Of a DNA stretch of 64,000 nucleotides, positions 1-11,985 are shown piece after piece. The position numbers were made by a program, and so were the translations under genes. Below the pieces are notes generated by a model. That model was given only the letters and a program-made list of their open reading frames with translations, was not told where the DNA came from and did not search any database. The DNA comes from Asterias rubens (Eukaryota), in contig NC_047078.1 of assembly GCF_902459465.1 (NCBI RefSeq), positions 1,488,001 through 1,552,000 on the forward strand, in the 5' to 3' direction. The number at the start of each line of letters is the position of its first letter. Position 1 is the stretch's first letter.

Positions 1-220
1 TTGGTTGTCATGGTTCGCGAATAGTATTTCTCAAGTTCGAAGGGTGTTCTTTTTCTTTTGTTTTCCCCGAGGAAAACAACGTTGAATTATGATTTTCCAT
101 AAACATATTTATGAACGATTGCTTAGTGGTTGGTTCCATTCAATGCAGTCCAATCAATATTTATTTTTATATTGGTGGGAAAAAAAGAGAATAATAAAAA
201 AGTAAAGTACAATTATTTAA

Positions 221-593
221 AGGGACATTGCAGAATTGGTTTTGCTAACAAAACAGTTGCTGGCAGGGGAGCACTTTATCTAATCCACCATAATATAAAC
301 TGACAAACTTGTTAAAGTTTGAGATCGATCGGCCATCACGTGAAAATAGTGAAAACCCGATTACACATTTTGCATGACATTGATGCAAAAAAAAAAAAAA
401 ATGGGTAAAACGCTCACTGAGCGATAATATCCAAACGCAAAGTTAAATTATTTATTTCTCATCAAAATATGAAATTTCAGTCAGAAAAATGTTAAGGAAT
501 GTTTTCTACTGTCTTCAGCTTTAGACTGTGTAAGTTTTATGTAAATCTGTGATCTTTACCATTTTGTTTTCTTACCAATTCAGTAACGTTCCT
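221..593. mobile_element. Kolobok-like non-autonomous element (TTAA-flanked, AGG...CCT ends), family B
   Basis: ttaa|agggacattgcagaattgg ... aattcagtaacgttcct|ttaa. A second copy lies in the opposite orientation at 26454-26833. Confidence 0.7.
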
Positions 594-950
594 TTAAAGT
601 CAAAGACAGTCAAAAACATGTCAACAAATTAACTAATGAAAATGAAATGAAACGAATATAATGTAACGGAGGATACTTATATGGGGGCATTTATAAAAGC
701 CGGATGGCTTGTTTTGAATTGCCTGATAAAAGAACATTAAACAAAATTGTTCTTATTTTAAAATAAATTTATAATCATAACAAAGAAAAGAGATTATACT
801 TCTGTTACAATTCGCGATGTCGTAACTTTGTCGCGTATTTTGTACAAAGATATTTGCGATGTCGCAATTATTATTATCGCAAACTAATGCTTACGATGAT
901 ATGTGCAAAGATATCTATTGCGCGATGTTATACTATTCTTTCAGGACCAC

Positions 951-1045
951 TATAGTACCAGTATTTCTATAGTACCAGTATTTCTATAGTACAGGTATTT
1001 CTATAATACCAGTATTTCTATAGTACCAGTATTTCTATAGTACAA
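951..1045. repeat. 17-bp minisatellite (TATAGTACCAGTATTTC), about 5.5 copies
   Basis: Directly visible tandem units. Confidence 0.9.
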
Positions 1046-1144
1046 GTTTGAGACAAAACATAACGCTGGTAATCTTATTTTGATTCATAGCAAGTAACAT
1101 ACATGAATATACCATTATGCTGCATAAAATAATTGTGATATTAT

Positions 1145-2310
1145 TCACAGCCAGATAATATAGTTTTGCTGCCGAAATACTCATTCAATACTTTTGCTAT
1201 TCCAATGTCCATTTTTTGTTACTATAAAATGACTCATCCAGTATTAAACCAATAAATCAAAGTGCATATAGTCGCTGTCAGATATTAGTTTTGCTACCGA
1301 AATACACATGCCAATACTACTCCAACGTCTTATTATATTATGTGACTATAAATGGCTCCTTCAATATTAAAGCAAATAATATGTGGTTTTCGTTTTCGTG
1401 GTGCATAAAACGCAGTCAGATATTATACATTTTGCTATCGATGGTATCGATGGTATATTATATCCTTATCTTCCAGTACGCGCTAATCCACAAATCGGAA
1501 GCTCGAACTACTAGGGGGATAAAACATATATGCTACGACCTCTGATTTATATCCTACTTCCTCTGTTTTTATTACCATCGTGGTGAATAATACAACTACA
1601 CCCGAATGTTCTATAAATCGGTTACGATATAAATGGCTCCTCCAATATTAAACCAAATTTTGAATGTATTCAAAATTCATGACGAATTTTCAAAAGCGGT
1701 CACATAATAGCCTTGGCGTCTCGGTTTTGTATTTCCTTCGACCATGGCTTCGCGGTTGAACTCATATCGGTCGCCATAGAAACTGACAAAAAGGACGAGA
1801 AACTGTAAAGAATATTCAGCGATGTTGGAAATTGAGCGGGAGAGGCAAAGAGTCGCATGAGTGAGTGGCTTTATGTAGCACTGTTATTTATCTGTATCTT
1901 GGTCCTCTATCTGGCTGAAGCAATTGTGTCCATCGATTATGTACTAAAAGCATCAGGGTATAGCGTGGGTCATTTTATAGATATCTAGGGTAGTGGACGA
2001 GGGGTTCTGGGAGATAGGGCGGGGAAGGGATGGGATAGGAAGGGGCAGGAACTTTACATTTTACAGTCAGATGTTTGCTATCGAAACAACTCCAATGTCC
2101 TATATGCATACTGGTTACTACAAATGGCTCCTCAAATATTAAACCAAACAAAAATTGAAGTGCCTCACGTGTTACAAAAATTATACTTACAGTCAAATAT
2201 TTATTTTGCTACAGAAATGCCTGTGCAATACTACTACACCCAATGTCCTATAATATTGGTCACTGTAAATTGCTCCTCCAATTATTACACTAAATAATCA
2301 TCGCGCATGA
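1145..2310. repeat. Degenerate ~125-bp tandem repeat, about 5-6 copies, interrupted
   Basis: Recurring blocks 'cagtcagatat...ttttgcta', 'ccaatgtcc' and 'taaatggctcctccaatattaaaccaa' at about 1150, 1277, 1415, 1600, 2065 and 2190. Confidence 0.65.
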
Positions 2311-2528
2311 TGCATCAAGTATTATAGCGTGGGTCATTATGAGTCTCGAGTGGTGAATGAGGGGAGAGGTTCACAGGGGGAGGGATGGGTAGGAATGGGA
2401 GAGATGAGTGTGTGGGGAGGGGTGGGGTCAGGGGAGGGTTGTGTTGGGAGGAGACGGGCGTTGAGAATAAGGATGGGTGTAAAAGAAGGATGGGTGGGGA
2501 AGGAATGGTATGAATAGGGAAGGGTCAG

Positions 2529-2888
2529 GGGTGTCGTGGCCGAGCGGATACGACCACCGAATTCAAGCTCTGATGCTTCTGTTCAGCAGAGTGTGGGTTC
2601 GAATCCCGGTCATGACACTTGTGTCCCTGAGCAAGACACTTAACTATAATTGCTTCTCTCCACCCAGGGGTATATGGGTACCTGTGAGGGCAGAGATGGT
2701 TCTTGTGATTGATTTAGCCGAGTAGCGCATATTAATGTTGCACAGGCTGCATACTCCCCACCAGGGAGTTGAGATGGTTTAAGGAGTGAATTAAGGCCCA
2801 TTGACCAGGGGTAATAATGTGAAGCGCTTTGGGACGCCCTCCGGGTGTGAAAAGCGCTATATAAAAACGGGTTATTATTATTATTATT
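2529..2888 (+). mobile_element. tRNA-derived SINE (tRNA-Leu-like head) with (TTA)n tail
   Basis: Pol III A-box TGGCCGAGCGG and B-box GGTTCGAATCCC, core 'gtgtccctgagcaagacactt', ending in a ttattattatt tail. It sits inside a purine-rich tract. Confidence 0.85.
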
Positions 2889-3295
2889 AGGAAATGGGGG
2901 AGATGAGTGTGTGGGGGAGGGGTGTGGTATATATGGGAGGGGTATATAGGGAGGGTTGGGAGGAGAGGGGAGGTGAGGAGGTTTGAGAATATGGGTGGAA
3001 AAGAAGAATTGGTGAGGAAGGATGGATAGGAATAAAGGTGTAGGGGAAGGGATGTCGAAAGGAAAGTGGATGAGCAGAAAGAAAAGGTGGAGGCATGCAG
3101 GAGTAGAAGACAGAGGGGAAGGGGTTAGGAGGGGAGCGAAGGTGTAGAAAAAGATGAAGAGGCTGTAAGGGATATGAGATAGGGGTAAGCAGTGGAAACA
3201 TATGGATTTGGGAGGGGACAAGTGGAGGAAAAAGATTGCTCAAGGGAAAAGGGTTGGGAAAAGGGCCGATTGTGTAGAAGGGAAGGACTGAATCA
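2889..3295 (+). repeat. G/A-rich low-complexity tract (also 1995-2050 and 2345-2528)
   Basis: Plus strand is almost entirely purines with many GGG runs. Confidence 0.8.
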
Positions 3296-3657
3296 GTGGG
3301 GTGTATTTTTCTTTAGGTGCATATAAGTCAACATTACCGACTGGTGTGGACAATACTTCTGATTTATCTATGGTCGTTTAACACTGAAAACGCCTGGAAT
3401 ATAAAAGCGACTTGTGCACGTAGCGCACGACCGAAAATACGTTCTGCCTAATGATAAATGCCTGCCATTGTATATTGTTTAATGTAAGACTGACCCAAAA
3501 CAAGCAAAATGTTTAATGGTGTGACTTCCCTTACTTGCATTATGGTACAATTTCCAATTATTATGTAAACTCTTCAATTCTGTAGCAAAGATTACTCGCT
3601 ATTCATGCATTGAAAAGAATGACCCAGTTTTGTAGTTAAACAGTAATCAATGTTTAA

Positions 3658-4075
3658 AGGCACTGGACACGTTTGGTAGATGTCAAAGACATGCAGTATT
3701 CTCACTTGGTGTAATAAAAAAAACTGTGGAAATTTAGACTCAACAAGTCATCAAAGTTGCAAAAGAATATTGAAAGAAAATTGTTGCACAAATTTGTGTG
3801 CTTTTACGATGCCTTATTAAAAGGCTTTATGCCTGACGTCTTTTATTATTTGAGTGATAAATAATTACTTCTTTCTCGAAAACTACGTTACTTCAGAGAG
3901 AGCCGTTTCTCACATTGTTTTATACTTTCAACAGCTCTCCATTGCTTGTTACCATGAAAAAAGTACGATTTTTGATAGCACTTATTTTGAGCAACTACAA
4001 ATGTCTTGGCCTTAAAACAGCTTAAAATGATAAAGCAAGATGCGTCTTTTAAAACATAACTGACTATCAAAACTA
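3658..4075. mobile_element. Kolobok-like MITE, family A (degenerate copy)
   Basis: ttaa|aggcactggacacgtttggt followed by the family body. Same family at about 4623-4966, 7772-8333, 13005-13490, 15534-15899, 16890-17272, 18161-18502, 21125-21504, 27681-28059, 31485-31854, 43783-43857 and 46975-47238. Confidence 0.7.
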
Positions 4076-5154
4076 AACTTTATAGCTAGATGTGCCATAC
4101 AAATTCATTATGTGTATGGAATAAGACAAAATGGCTGACCTATACTGGTCAAAGAGAGTGGTGTTTTTATTATATTACTCAGGCTCCCGATCGGACAATT
4201 TTATAAACGGATTTATTTTCTGTTCTGCTCCCCCCCCCCCCGCCCTCCTTCCTCCCTGGAATCACCTCATAATGGGATACGATACAAGTTTGCAATACAA
4301 AGCGAATAAGACAAAATGGCTGACCTGGTGAAAGAGAGTGGTGTTTTTATTCTATTACTTTGGCTCTGGAGGCCAATTTACTAAGCGGATACATGTTCCG
4401 TTCTGGCTCCACCTCCCCTTCTCCCTCCCTAGAGACAATCACCTCATAATTAATGAGGGTCAGGGGATACGACAAACATGCAGGGAAAGGAAGACAGCAA
4501 TTTACGGGGAGTAAATTAAGAGATAATTGTGTCCAAGGGAATGGAAGCGTACTGAGGAATAATTGATGATACACATCGATGCACTCCAAGGATGGAAGCA
4601 CAAGCATTATTTGTTTGTTTAAAGGCGCTGGAACCGTTTTGTAATATTGTTAAAGGCCAGTATTCTCACTTGCTGTATCCCAACATAATATGCTTTCAAC
4701 CACAGACCTGTGAAGTTTTTTGCTCAATTAGTCTTCGAATTTGCAAGAGAATAATGAAAGAAAACACCATTGTTGCGTTATTTTGTGTGCTTTCAGAAAC
4801 CCATTAAAAAAAGTATTTTCTTATTTGAGTGAGAAAATACACCTCTTTCTGAAAAACTACGTTACTTCAAAAGGAGCCGTTTCTCACAATGCTTTCACAC
4901 AACAGCTATATCCATTGCTCTTTACCAAGTAAGTTTTTATGCTAACAATTATTTTGAGTGTCTGTCTTTAATAAAGGGCACAACGCAATTACACAGAGAG
5001 GAGACTGGGTGTTACAGCTTTACTGCAGTAAGCCTAGACTTGTGGTCAAGTCGTTCGATGTCTTTCGCTATGATAGGATACGACTCTCTCGCAAATCTGT
5101 GACCTTCGGTAAAATGTAAGGTGAATTTATAACAGTGGGAATATATATACTTAC

Positions 5155-6415
5155 CATAACATGAACAATCCAAATATGGCGTTGGTAGCCGACCCCATGG
5201 GTGGGGCTTCTGCTCCATCTATAAAACGACCCGTTCTCGGCTTCAAAAGTAACGTAGCAACAAGTCCAGTGACCCCGCCCACCATATGCACCGACCCCGC
5301 CCCAGCAATGTCGACCACGCCCATGATCTTCAGCCACCCATTGTCCCCCCACATCCAGTGGGCGGGGATGCAATAAACCACGGTGTTCAGAAATGAGAAG
5401 ATGATGTATATCTCGAGTTTGGTTCGTTCTGCCATCGCTCCACTCACGATTGTTGTAGCGGTGGTCGCGAAGGAAGCGTGGAAAAAGAAATGCGCGAAGA
5501 GGTTACCGACTTCATCGGAGGTTGTGTTACTGGCGTCGACGAAGAAATCACCCACGCCCACGAAGTAATTCGAACCTCCCGCTACGTCCATACCGAAGCT
5601 AAGACCGTAGCCGAACATCCAGTAGGAGACCCCCCCGAATAACACGTCTATTGCATTCTTCACCATTATGTTAACCTGTTTTGAGAAGAAAACAAAGTGA
5701 GAAGTCTAGACCCATGACATCACAATCTCGGGCAGCGCCTTCAGAAATCCCACCCCTTAAAAAAAACGAGTCTGTTTGCCAGACGTTAATACACTTTATC
5801 AAATGCCATCACTATCATGGTCAAGTTCCGTTTATCCATTAAAAGTAACGGTCAGATGCTACTATTCTTTGAACAAAAAGGAACCAGACTATTTTTCCAT
5901 CCAGCCTCGGTTTAATAACACTGATCTGATGGGAGACAAAACCAAGATGGCCGCACCATGATAAAAGTCTATGGCACCGCCTGTGGTACCAGTAAAAAGG
6001 TGACTTGAATGGTTCCACTTAGGGTTGGATGTGATCATGTGTGTGGACTGTGTTGACACTCACATAAAGCCATGTGGCAGATTGTGTACGCTGGATACGG
6101 TAAAAAGTTCTCTCATCCCGTTAAAAACCAACAACCCTGAAACTGACCCCTCTTTACATGTGGAACGGTCCAGTCTAGGATATCAAGGACGCATATTAAC
6201 CCTACCTCGTTCTTCTGCGAGACGCTACCAGATTCAAGGAGTCCGAAACCAGACTGCATTGTGAAGATGATAAAAGCACTAGTTAGAATCCATGTCGCGT
6301 CATCCCATTTGGTAGGTGGATGGTGCTCCTCCAGCACAGTCCAGTTCGAAGAATTCTGAAGATAAGGTGGGAGGGGTTGAAGGAGGGTTGTGTCGATCGT
6401 TGGTATTGGTTCCAT
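5155..6415 (-). CDS. amt: Ammonium transporter (Amt family), first two coding exons; 3' exons lie beyond the left edge of the window
   Basis: Exon 6415-6206 (MEPIP...WDDATWILTSAFIIFTMQSGFGLLESG...KNE, phase 0, GT donor) splices to exon 5675-5155 (VNIMVKNAIDV...FFFHASFATTATTIVSGAMAER...DIAGAGSVHMVGG...GLFMLW, GTAAG donor). Canonical Amt motifs are present. An acceptor at 6421 implies an upstream exon. Confidence 0.93.
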
Positions 6416-6609
6416 CTTCGGCTGCGGTAAAGAGCATGATGTGATGATATAACTATTACAAATATTTCAAGGAAATGTTTTTTGTCAAAGGTCCTTAGTG
6501 AAACCTTATCAAACATTGCTAGATTGTGTCGGAGGTCAGGACCTTAAATCGAAGTCTTATGCAGCGCACGTATCTACCAACAAGGTACGTAAGGCGCTTA
6601 GTACAGAAA

Positions 6610-6830
6610 GATGGGTTTTGAAGTTCTGAGACCCAATATATGTAACACTTTAAGTGTTTATAAGGTGCTATATGGCGCATTCAGCAGCCGCAGCCAGGAA
6701 CACCGGGGCGAACCCCTTCTCTCTTCAATAAGTGCACTTGGTTCGTTTACATGCGTTACACAACACATGGGACCGACAGCTTTACGTCCCATCAGAAGAA
6801 TGAAGCAATGGTATTGTCTTGCTTAAGACA
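6610..6830. mobile_element. SINE-like dispersed repeat fragment
   Basis: 'ttacatgcgttacacaacacatgggaccgacagctttacgtcccatc...gaagcaatgg...gtcttgct' resembles the reverse complement of a SINE core. A related minus-strand SINE piece lies at about 27200-27480. Confidence 0.5.
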
Positions 6831-8132
6831 CAATCTACAAGTTAACATTTTGATGAAAGGTCGTTCTTTAAATCATCAAGGGACCAATTAATGGATATAG
6901 AAATATTTTTGAGATAAAAATACACATTTTGTTTGCAAATTTAAGATATTGACTCTGTGCACTACATCGCATTTGTGGCAGGCCTTTGTGTCATATAACT
7001 TCCACAACAACATATTTAAAATTGAAGGCAATACAATACAATACAATAATCTTTATTAGACCCCAAAAAGGGTAATATTCAGATGCTCGCATACAGTAAA
7101 AACATTGACACATTAAAAGCATTAAAAAAAACAGACACTAGCCAAATACAATTCCAAGAAAAAACCCCTTTCTTTATATCAAAAGATACAGAAATCGGTC
7201 TGCGCAATCTCCATAAAAATGTAAGGTCTGTCATGATGCAATCTTACATTGATGAGCTTTGGGCAGATCATGACATCTCAGAAAGCCAATCATGCTATCT
7301 TAGAAAGCCAATCAGAAACAAATCTTTTTATCAATATCAAAATGAGTGTGACTAAAAGGAATTTAATATAAACCTTGAATTAAGAGCCGATCCAGCGTCT
7401 GGAAGACTGAGGTGAAAGTCGAAAATGTACTTAAGTAGCTTCTCGAGCCGTGTGCCAGCCAACAGCTTGATACATGTCAGGCCTACACGTCACAGACCTT
7501 CTTCAGTCCTTTCTTGCAACAGAAAACCACCTGGTGCATGTAAGAAATGTTTTTTTTTTTTTTTACTTCACTTGTTCGCCTTCGGGTGAATATCTCTCTG
7601 TAGAAGAGAAAAACAAGTCATTGACATTTTGTTCCACGTGTTGCTTGAATTCCCTGTCGGCTCGAATAGGTTTTCAATCCTTTGCTGTTTACGATAGAAG
7701 CTGAAGTGAGAAAAACCTCGCGGCGCTAACTAAATAGAGAGAACAAGAAGTTGTTTGTGATTATTTTATTTAAGGCACTGGACACGTTTGGTTATAATTG
7801 TCAAAGACGAGTCTCCTCACTTGGTGTATCCCAACATATGCATAAAATAAAAATCTGTGAAAATGTGGGCTCATTGGTATTTTTGCAAGAGAATAATGAA
7901 ACAAATGTCACCCTTGTTGCATTACTTTGTGTGCTTTAGATCAGATGCACAATAAAAGGCTTCAGCTGAAGTCCTGAGTGAGAGAAATAACCTCTTTTTC
8001 AAAATCTAAATTACTTCAGAGGAAGCAGTTTTTCTTAATGCCTGATCCTAATCAACAGTTCTCCATTGCTAGTATACCGAAGTAGGGTTTTATGCAAACA
8101 GTTATTAATTACCAATAGTGTCTCCAATCAAT

Positions 8133-8321
8133 CAATCAAAGGTCATTTGTAGAGTGCCAAAATCAATAAGTTTGTTCTAAGGCGCTGAGGCACAGTTGAA
8201 TGGTTAGTAAGCCTGCTGGAACAGGTGAGCTTTAAGGAGTGTCTTGAATGAGGTGAGTGAGCTGGCATTTCTGATCTGTGTAGGAAGCTTATTCCACATT
8301 TTGGGGCCATATACAGAGAAT
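8133..8321 (-). mobile_element. L2/CR1-clade LINE 3' end nested in a family A MITE
   Basis: Minus strand reads FSVYGPKMWNKLPTQIRNASSLTSFKTLLKAHLFQQAY* followed by a (TTGA)n tail. It splits the right TIR of the MITE. Confidence 0.8.
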
Positions 8322-11300
8322 CTCCAGTGCCTTTAACGGATTGAATGTGAGGGGAATGAAGACAAAAAGGCTTTCAACTTCCATTCAGTTACCTTCTGCT
8401 CCGTAACACTTTTAGGAAAATATCATTTTAAAAAAGGTTCATTTTGTTTCCAAACTAAAATGTTCCTGATCTTACCTGTTTGTAGCTGTCACAGATAAAC
8501 CTTCGCTCTGACTAATGTACACAAAAACCATGGATGTTGAATATAATATTCAACAATTTTTAGACGCAAGTCCTCAATCATTCCACTTGATCAGTAAAGT
8601 TATCCATAAAGGTTTATATCAAGTCAAACATAAATATATTCTTGTTACATCATCTCTTTGCCGAAACGGGTACCCGCATCAGGTCATAGGTCATCATGAC
8701 GTCACTGTGGGGTCACGTAAGAGCTGAGTTGGTACGGGTGTAAATTGACCAGCAAGATTAGAAACGTGGGTCTAATTAATTCCCAGGGCCGTTTAATTGG
8801 GTCATAAGGCTTTACCGTCATATCTTGCTTCTTCTCACTCATACACTCTTGCTTTCTTGAGATGTGGAACAGATTATGGTTCTATAATGTGATTTGAGGC
8901 ATTGTATGGAAAGGTACCAATTTTGTGGTATACCAATTTTATTAACAAAAATCCACTAAGGGGAAAAGTGAAATCATACATGTAGCCCTGTGTAAACAGA
9001 CCCGGAGATGACAAAAAAAACACCAACAAAATATGTGCTTCATGAATGTTTTTTTAAGACGAGCATACAAAACAGTGAAATAACATCCTGGCCAGTAGAT
9101 ACACACACATTTAAAAAAAGAAAATTGACCGCAAACCTTAATATATAATTTATTTCCTAAACACTGAACATTATTTGAACTGGCACAAAAAGTGAGCTAT
9201 GACAACCTCGCCTGCCAGTGAGCAGAAATTCTGTTCATTCAAACACAAGTTACATAATTTTTTTTATAGTGGCTAATTTGACATTTTTGGCGGGGGACTG
9301 AGCCAACCCCCCCCCCCCCCCCCCCCGGAGGCAATTTGTTTGTCTGTCGTTGTGCTTTTCAATGACAATTTTTTCTTCTTCAGGATGGCACTTTTGATGT
9401 ACAGAAAAAACAAAATTGCGGGGGTGGGGGTAGATCTTTTACTTGAGGAAGATTTGACATTTGGCTGGCAATACGAATTGCACACCCCCGGAGGCGGTAC
9501 CTGACAGGACAGCGGATATTCAGTGACTGATAAGTGGTACGAGAAAGGCAGCCTAAAATATTGTATTTCCACATCATGTCATAATTGCCAACGAAACACC
9601 GAAGGCCTGGTGGCCTAGCTCTCCCCTGCCTTTTGACTTACAAGCCCGGGGCGATTCTGCTTCATTCACGCCTTGCGTTGAATTCGCCTCGGAGGTCTTT
9701 GTCAAAACGCAATAATATAGAGAGTCAGATTCTTAATTGTGCCAAATAGCATTTTGTATAAATAATTATCAATTTTCATCACTGGATAAGAGCACGCAGA
9801 AGTGTTGGTTTGTTATAGCTTTGTTACGGGGTGAAACAGAGTAAAATCTTTAATTTATGAGGCATTGCATGGTGAGGTATCAATAAATATGTTGTTCGGG
9901 GAACACCATGTGTGTATATATACTTAGGTAGACTATGCATTTTGAGAACTTGTCCTGCTATTCTAATGCGGAGCCATTTTCGGAATTCAGGAGACTTCTC
10001 AGTCTTGAAAAGAACTGTCATTTATAGCTACTACTAGCTTTAATTTAATTTTGCCCCGACTGTTTGCTGTCATGTAGTAAAATTCAGATATTTTTTTTTG
10101 CTGAGATCATTTTGATGGCATGCATGGTACTAGCTATTAACGGTCACCTTTAGCAGCGTGTGAGGACATTTTAATTTTCTGCCAAAAGCCTTTTGGCGTC
10201 ACATTACTGTACGCCCAAAGCTTTCGCTACCAGCTCCAAAGCTGAAATACCCTTGTGTGTAATTTTACAAGAAATTACCCACTTTGTCAGTAACTTTATG
10301 ACAATCATGGAGGAAAGAAAAAGACGTAGTAAAGGTATAATAACGATCGCAACTTAAATGGTAAAATGATGTTATTCACCACTCACAAACAAATAGACGC
10401 ATTTTAAAAATGTTTTTAACATCTGTAAACGAAGATGTGTGAGCACTCATTGGAGTAAGTTGGCCACTTTACATAACTAACATGGCCAGCTGAATCGTTG
10501 TGTTTACAGCTAGTTTACAGCTAGTTTTACAAGACAATGTGAGCCATGCCAAAAATGCTACGAAACACGAAATCAGAATACACGCGTCAACATGTACTTT
10601 TACCCTAACGACGAGTTTCTTTGACGAAGTTGGAATCCGTAATATGGGCACTGAAATTACTTAACGTCATGCTTGAAGTACCTGACAAATAGCAACGATA
10701 ACTTGGGCCTTCCCTATCCCGAAGTATATAATATAACCATAGACTCATGGGTGGGTAAAGCCGTATCCGAATTGGCAGCTACGGCCTGATCGGCTACGGA
10801 TGTTGCTAAGGGTGTTGCTATACGACGTCCTATACTTCAACGCATGATGACGTGGAAGTCTATAGCCGTAGCCGTAGGTAGCCGCTAGCTCATACACGAC
10901 CTGACCTTTCGCCATTGTACTTTCCGACATTAGTCATAATTTAAGTGTACTTGCAGTATTCAGATGATGTGTTTATAGCTCGGCGGCGGCCCTTCCATAG
11001 ACGTGACTCAAGTCCCAAATCCTGTGCAATCCCGCTAGGAAACTACTGTTTTGTGATGCTCTGCATTCCAAAACCTGTCCGCATTCTCGGGGCCACACTT
11101 TGACGGCGCATTGTACTGTATGCTACGGGTTGTTTCAGAGTAAGTTGGCGTGATGCTTAGGGACCCACCTCTCACGAGAATGGGACTTGAATCAAGTCTA
11201 GCCCTTCCATGGCAAAACAGCCCAACTCGAGATATTTCATTTCGAGAAAAGCAAAAGTACAGAGATAACCCGAGATGAAAGTGCAAACAGAGGCCGAGTC

Positions 11301-11514
11301 TGATATTCACATGCCGGTGAATTGACTATGGCCATGACGTCATCATTCCATCGTGCATGATTTAACAAGTAGTTGAAGAAGAAAACAAAGCCTCAATTAA
11401 CCCAGAATTTATCTGATAAGAAACCAAATTGTGTTGTTTTGTCCTTGTGGAAGGGCTGAGATGCACTCTTTCCCAAAACATATACCTTTCAGTTTAGTAC
11501 TACAAATCAAATTG

Positions 11515-11985
11515 TCTCATTTTAGAGACGGGATTAAAAGCACAGAAATACGAGAGAAAAACTTGAGTAGAAGGCATCATAAGGACAATAAAACAAGCTA
11601 AATGGAGATGGGCTGGACAATGAAGAATTGACAACAGATGGACAACAAGAATAATGGATTGACAACCAAGGACAGGGAAAAGGAAAAGAGGTAGAAAGAG
11701 ATTGAAGAAGATGGAGAGACGACATCAGGGTATATGCAGGAACAGCATGGACCAAACCTGCAAGAAATAGTAACGAATGACGTTTAATTGAGGAGGGCTA
11801 CATCTTACACTCGAAAATGAAAAGAGGTAGACAGAGAAGAAGACGGAGAGATAACATCAGGGTATTATGGAGGAACAACATGGACCAAAGCTGCAAGAAA
11901 TAGAAATGAACGGCGTTTACATGAGGAGGGCTACATCTTGCACTGGATGAACACGGCCAAAACGATGGTGAAAGATGATGATAAA
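11515..11985 (+). mobile_element. RTE-clade LINE 3' fragment with its last ~130 bp duplicated
   Basis: Frameshifted motifs RDGIKSTEIREK, IKQAKWRWAG, NRWTTRIMD-QPRTGKRKRGR, RWRDDIR and EEGYILHW. Confidence 0.75.

Noticed and set aside
2529-2615. tRNA-Leu-like gene
   Set aside because: A and B boxes are present, but the acceptor stem does not close and the sequence continues into a SINE body and tail.
2640-3243. Pro-rich ORFs of 193 and 118 aa
   Set aside because: They are the complement of a low-complexity purine tract plus SINE sequence.
7380-7720. Possible coding exon or LINE piece
   Set aside because: All frames I tried are interrupted and I recognised no motif, so it is left unassigned.
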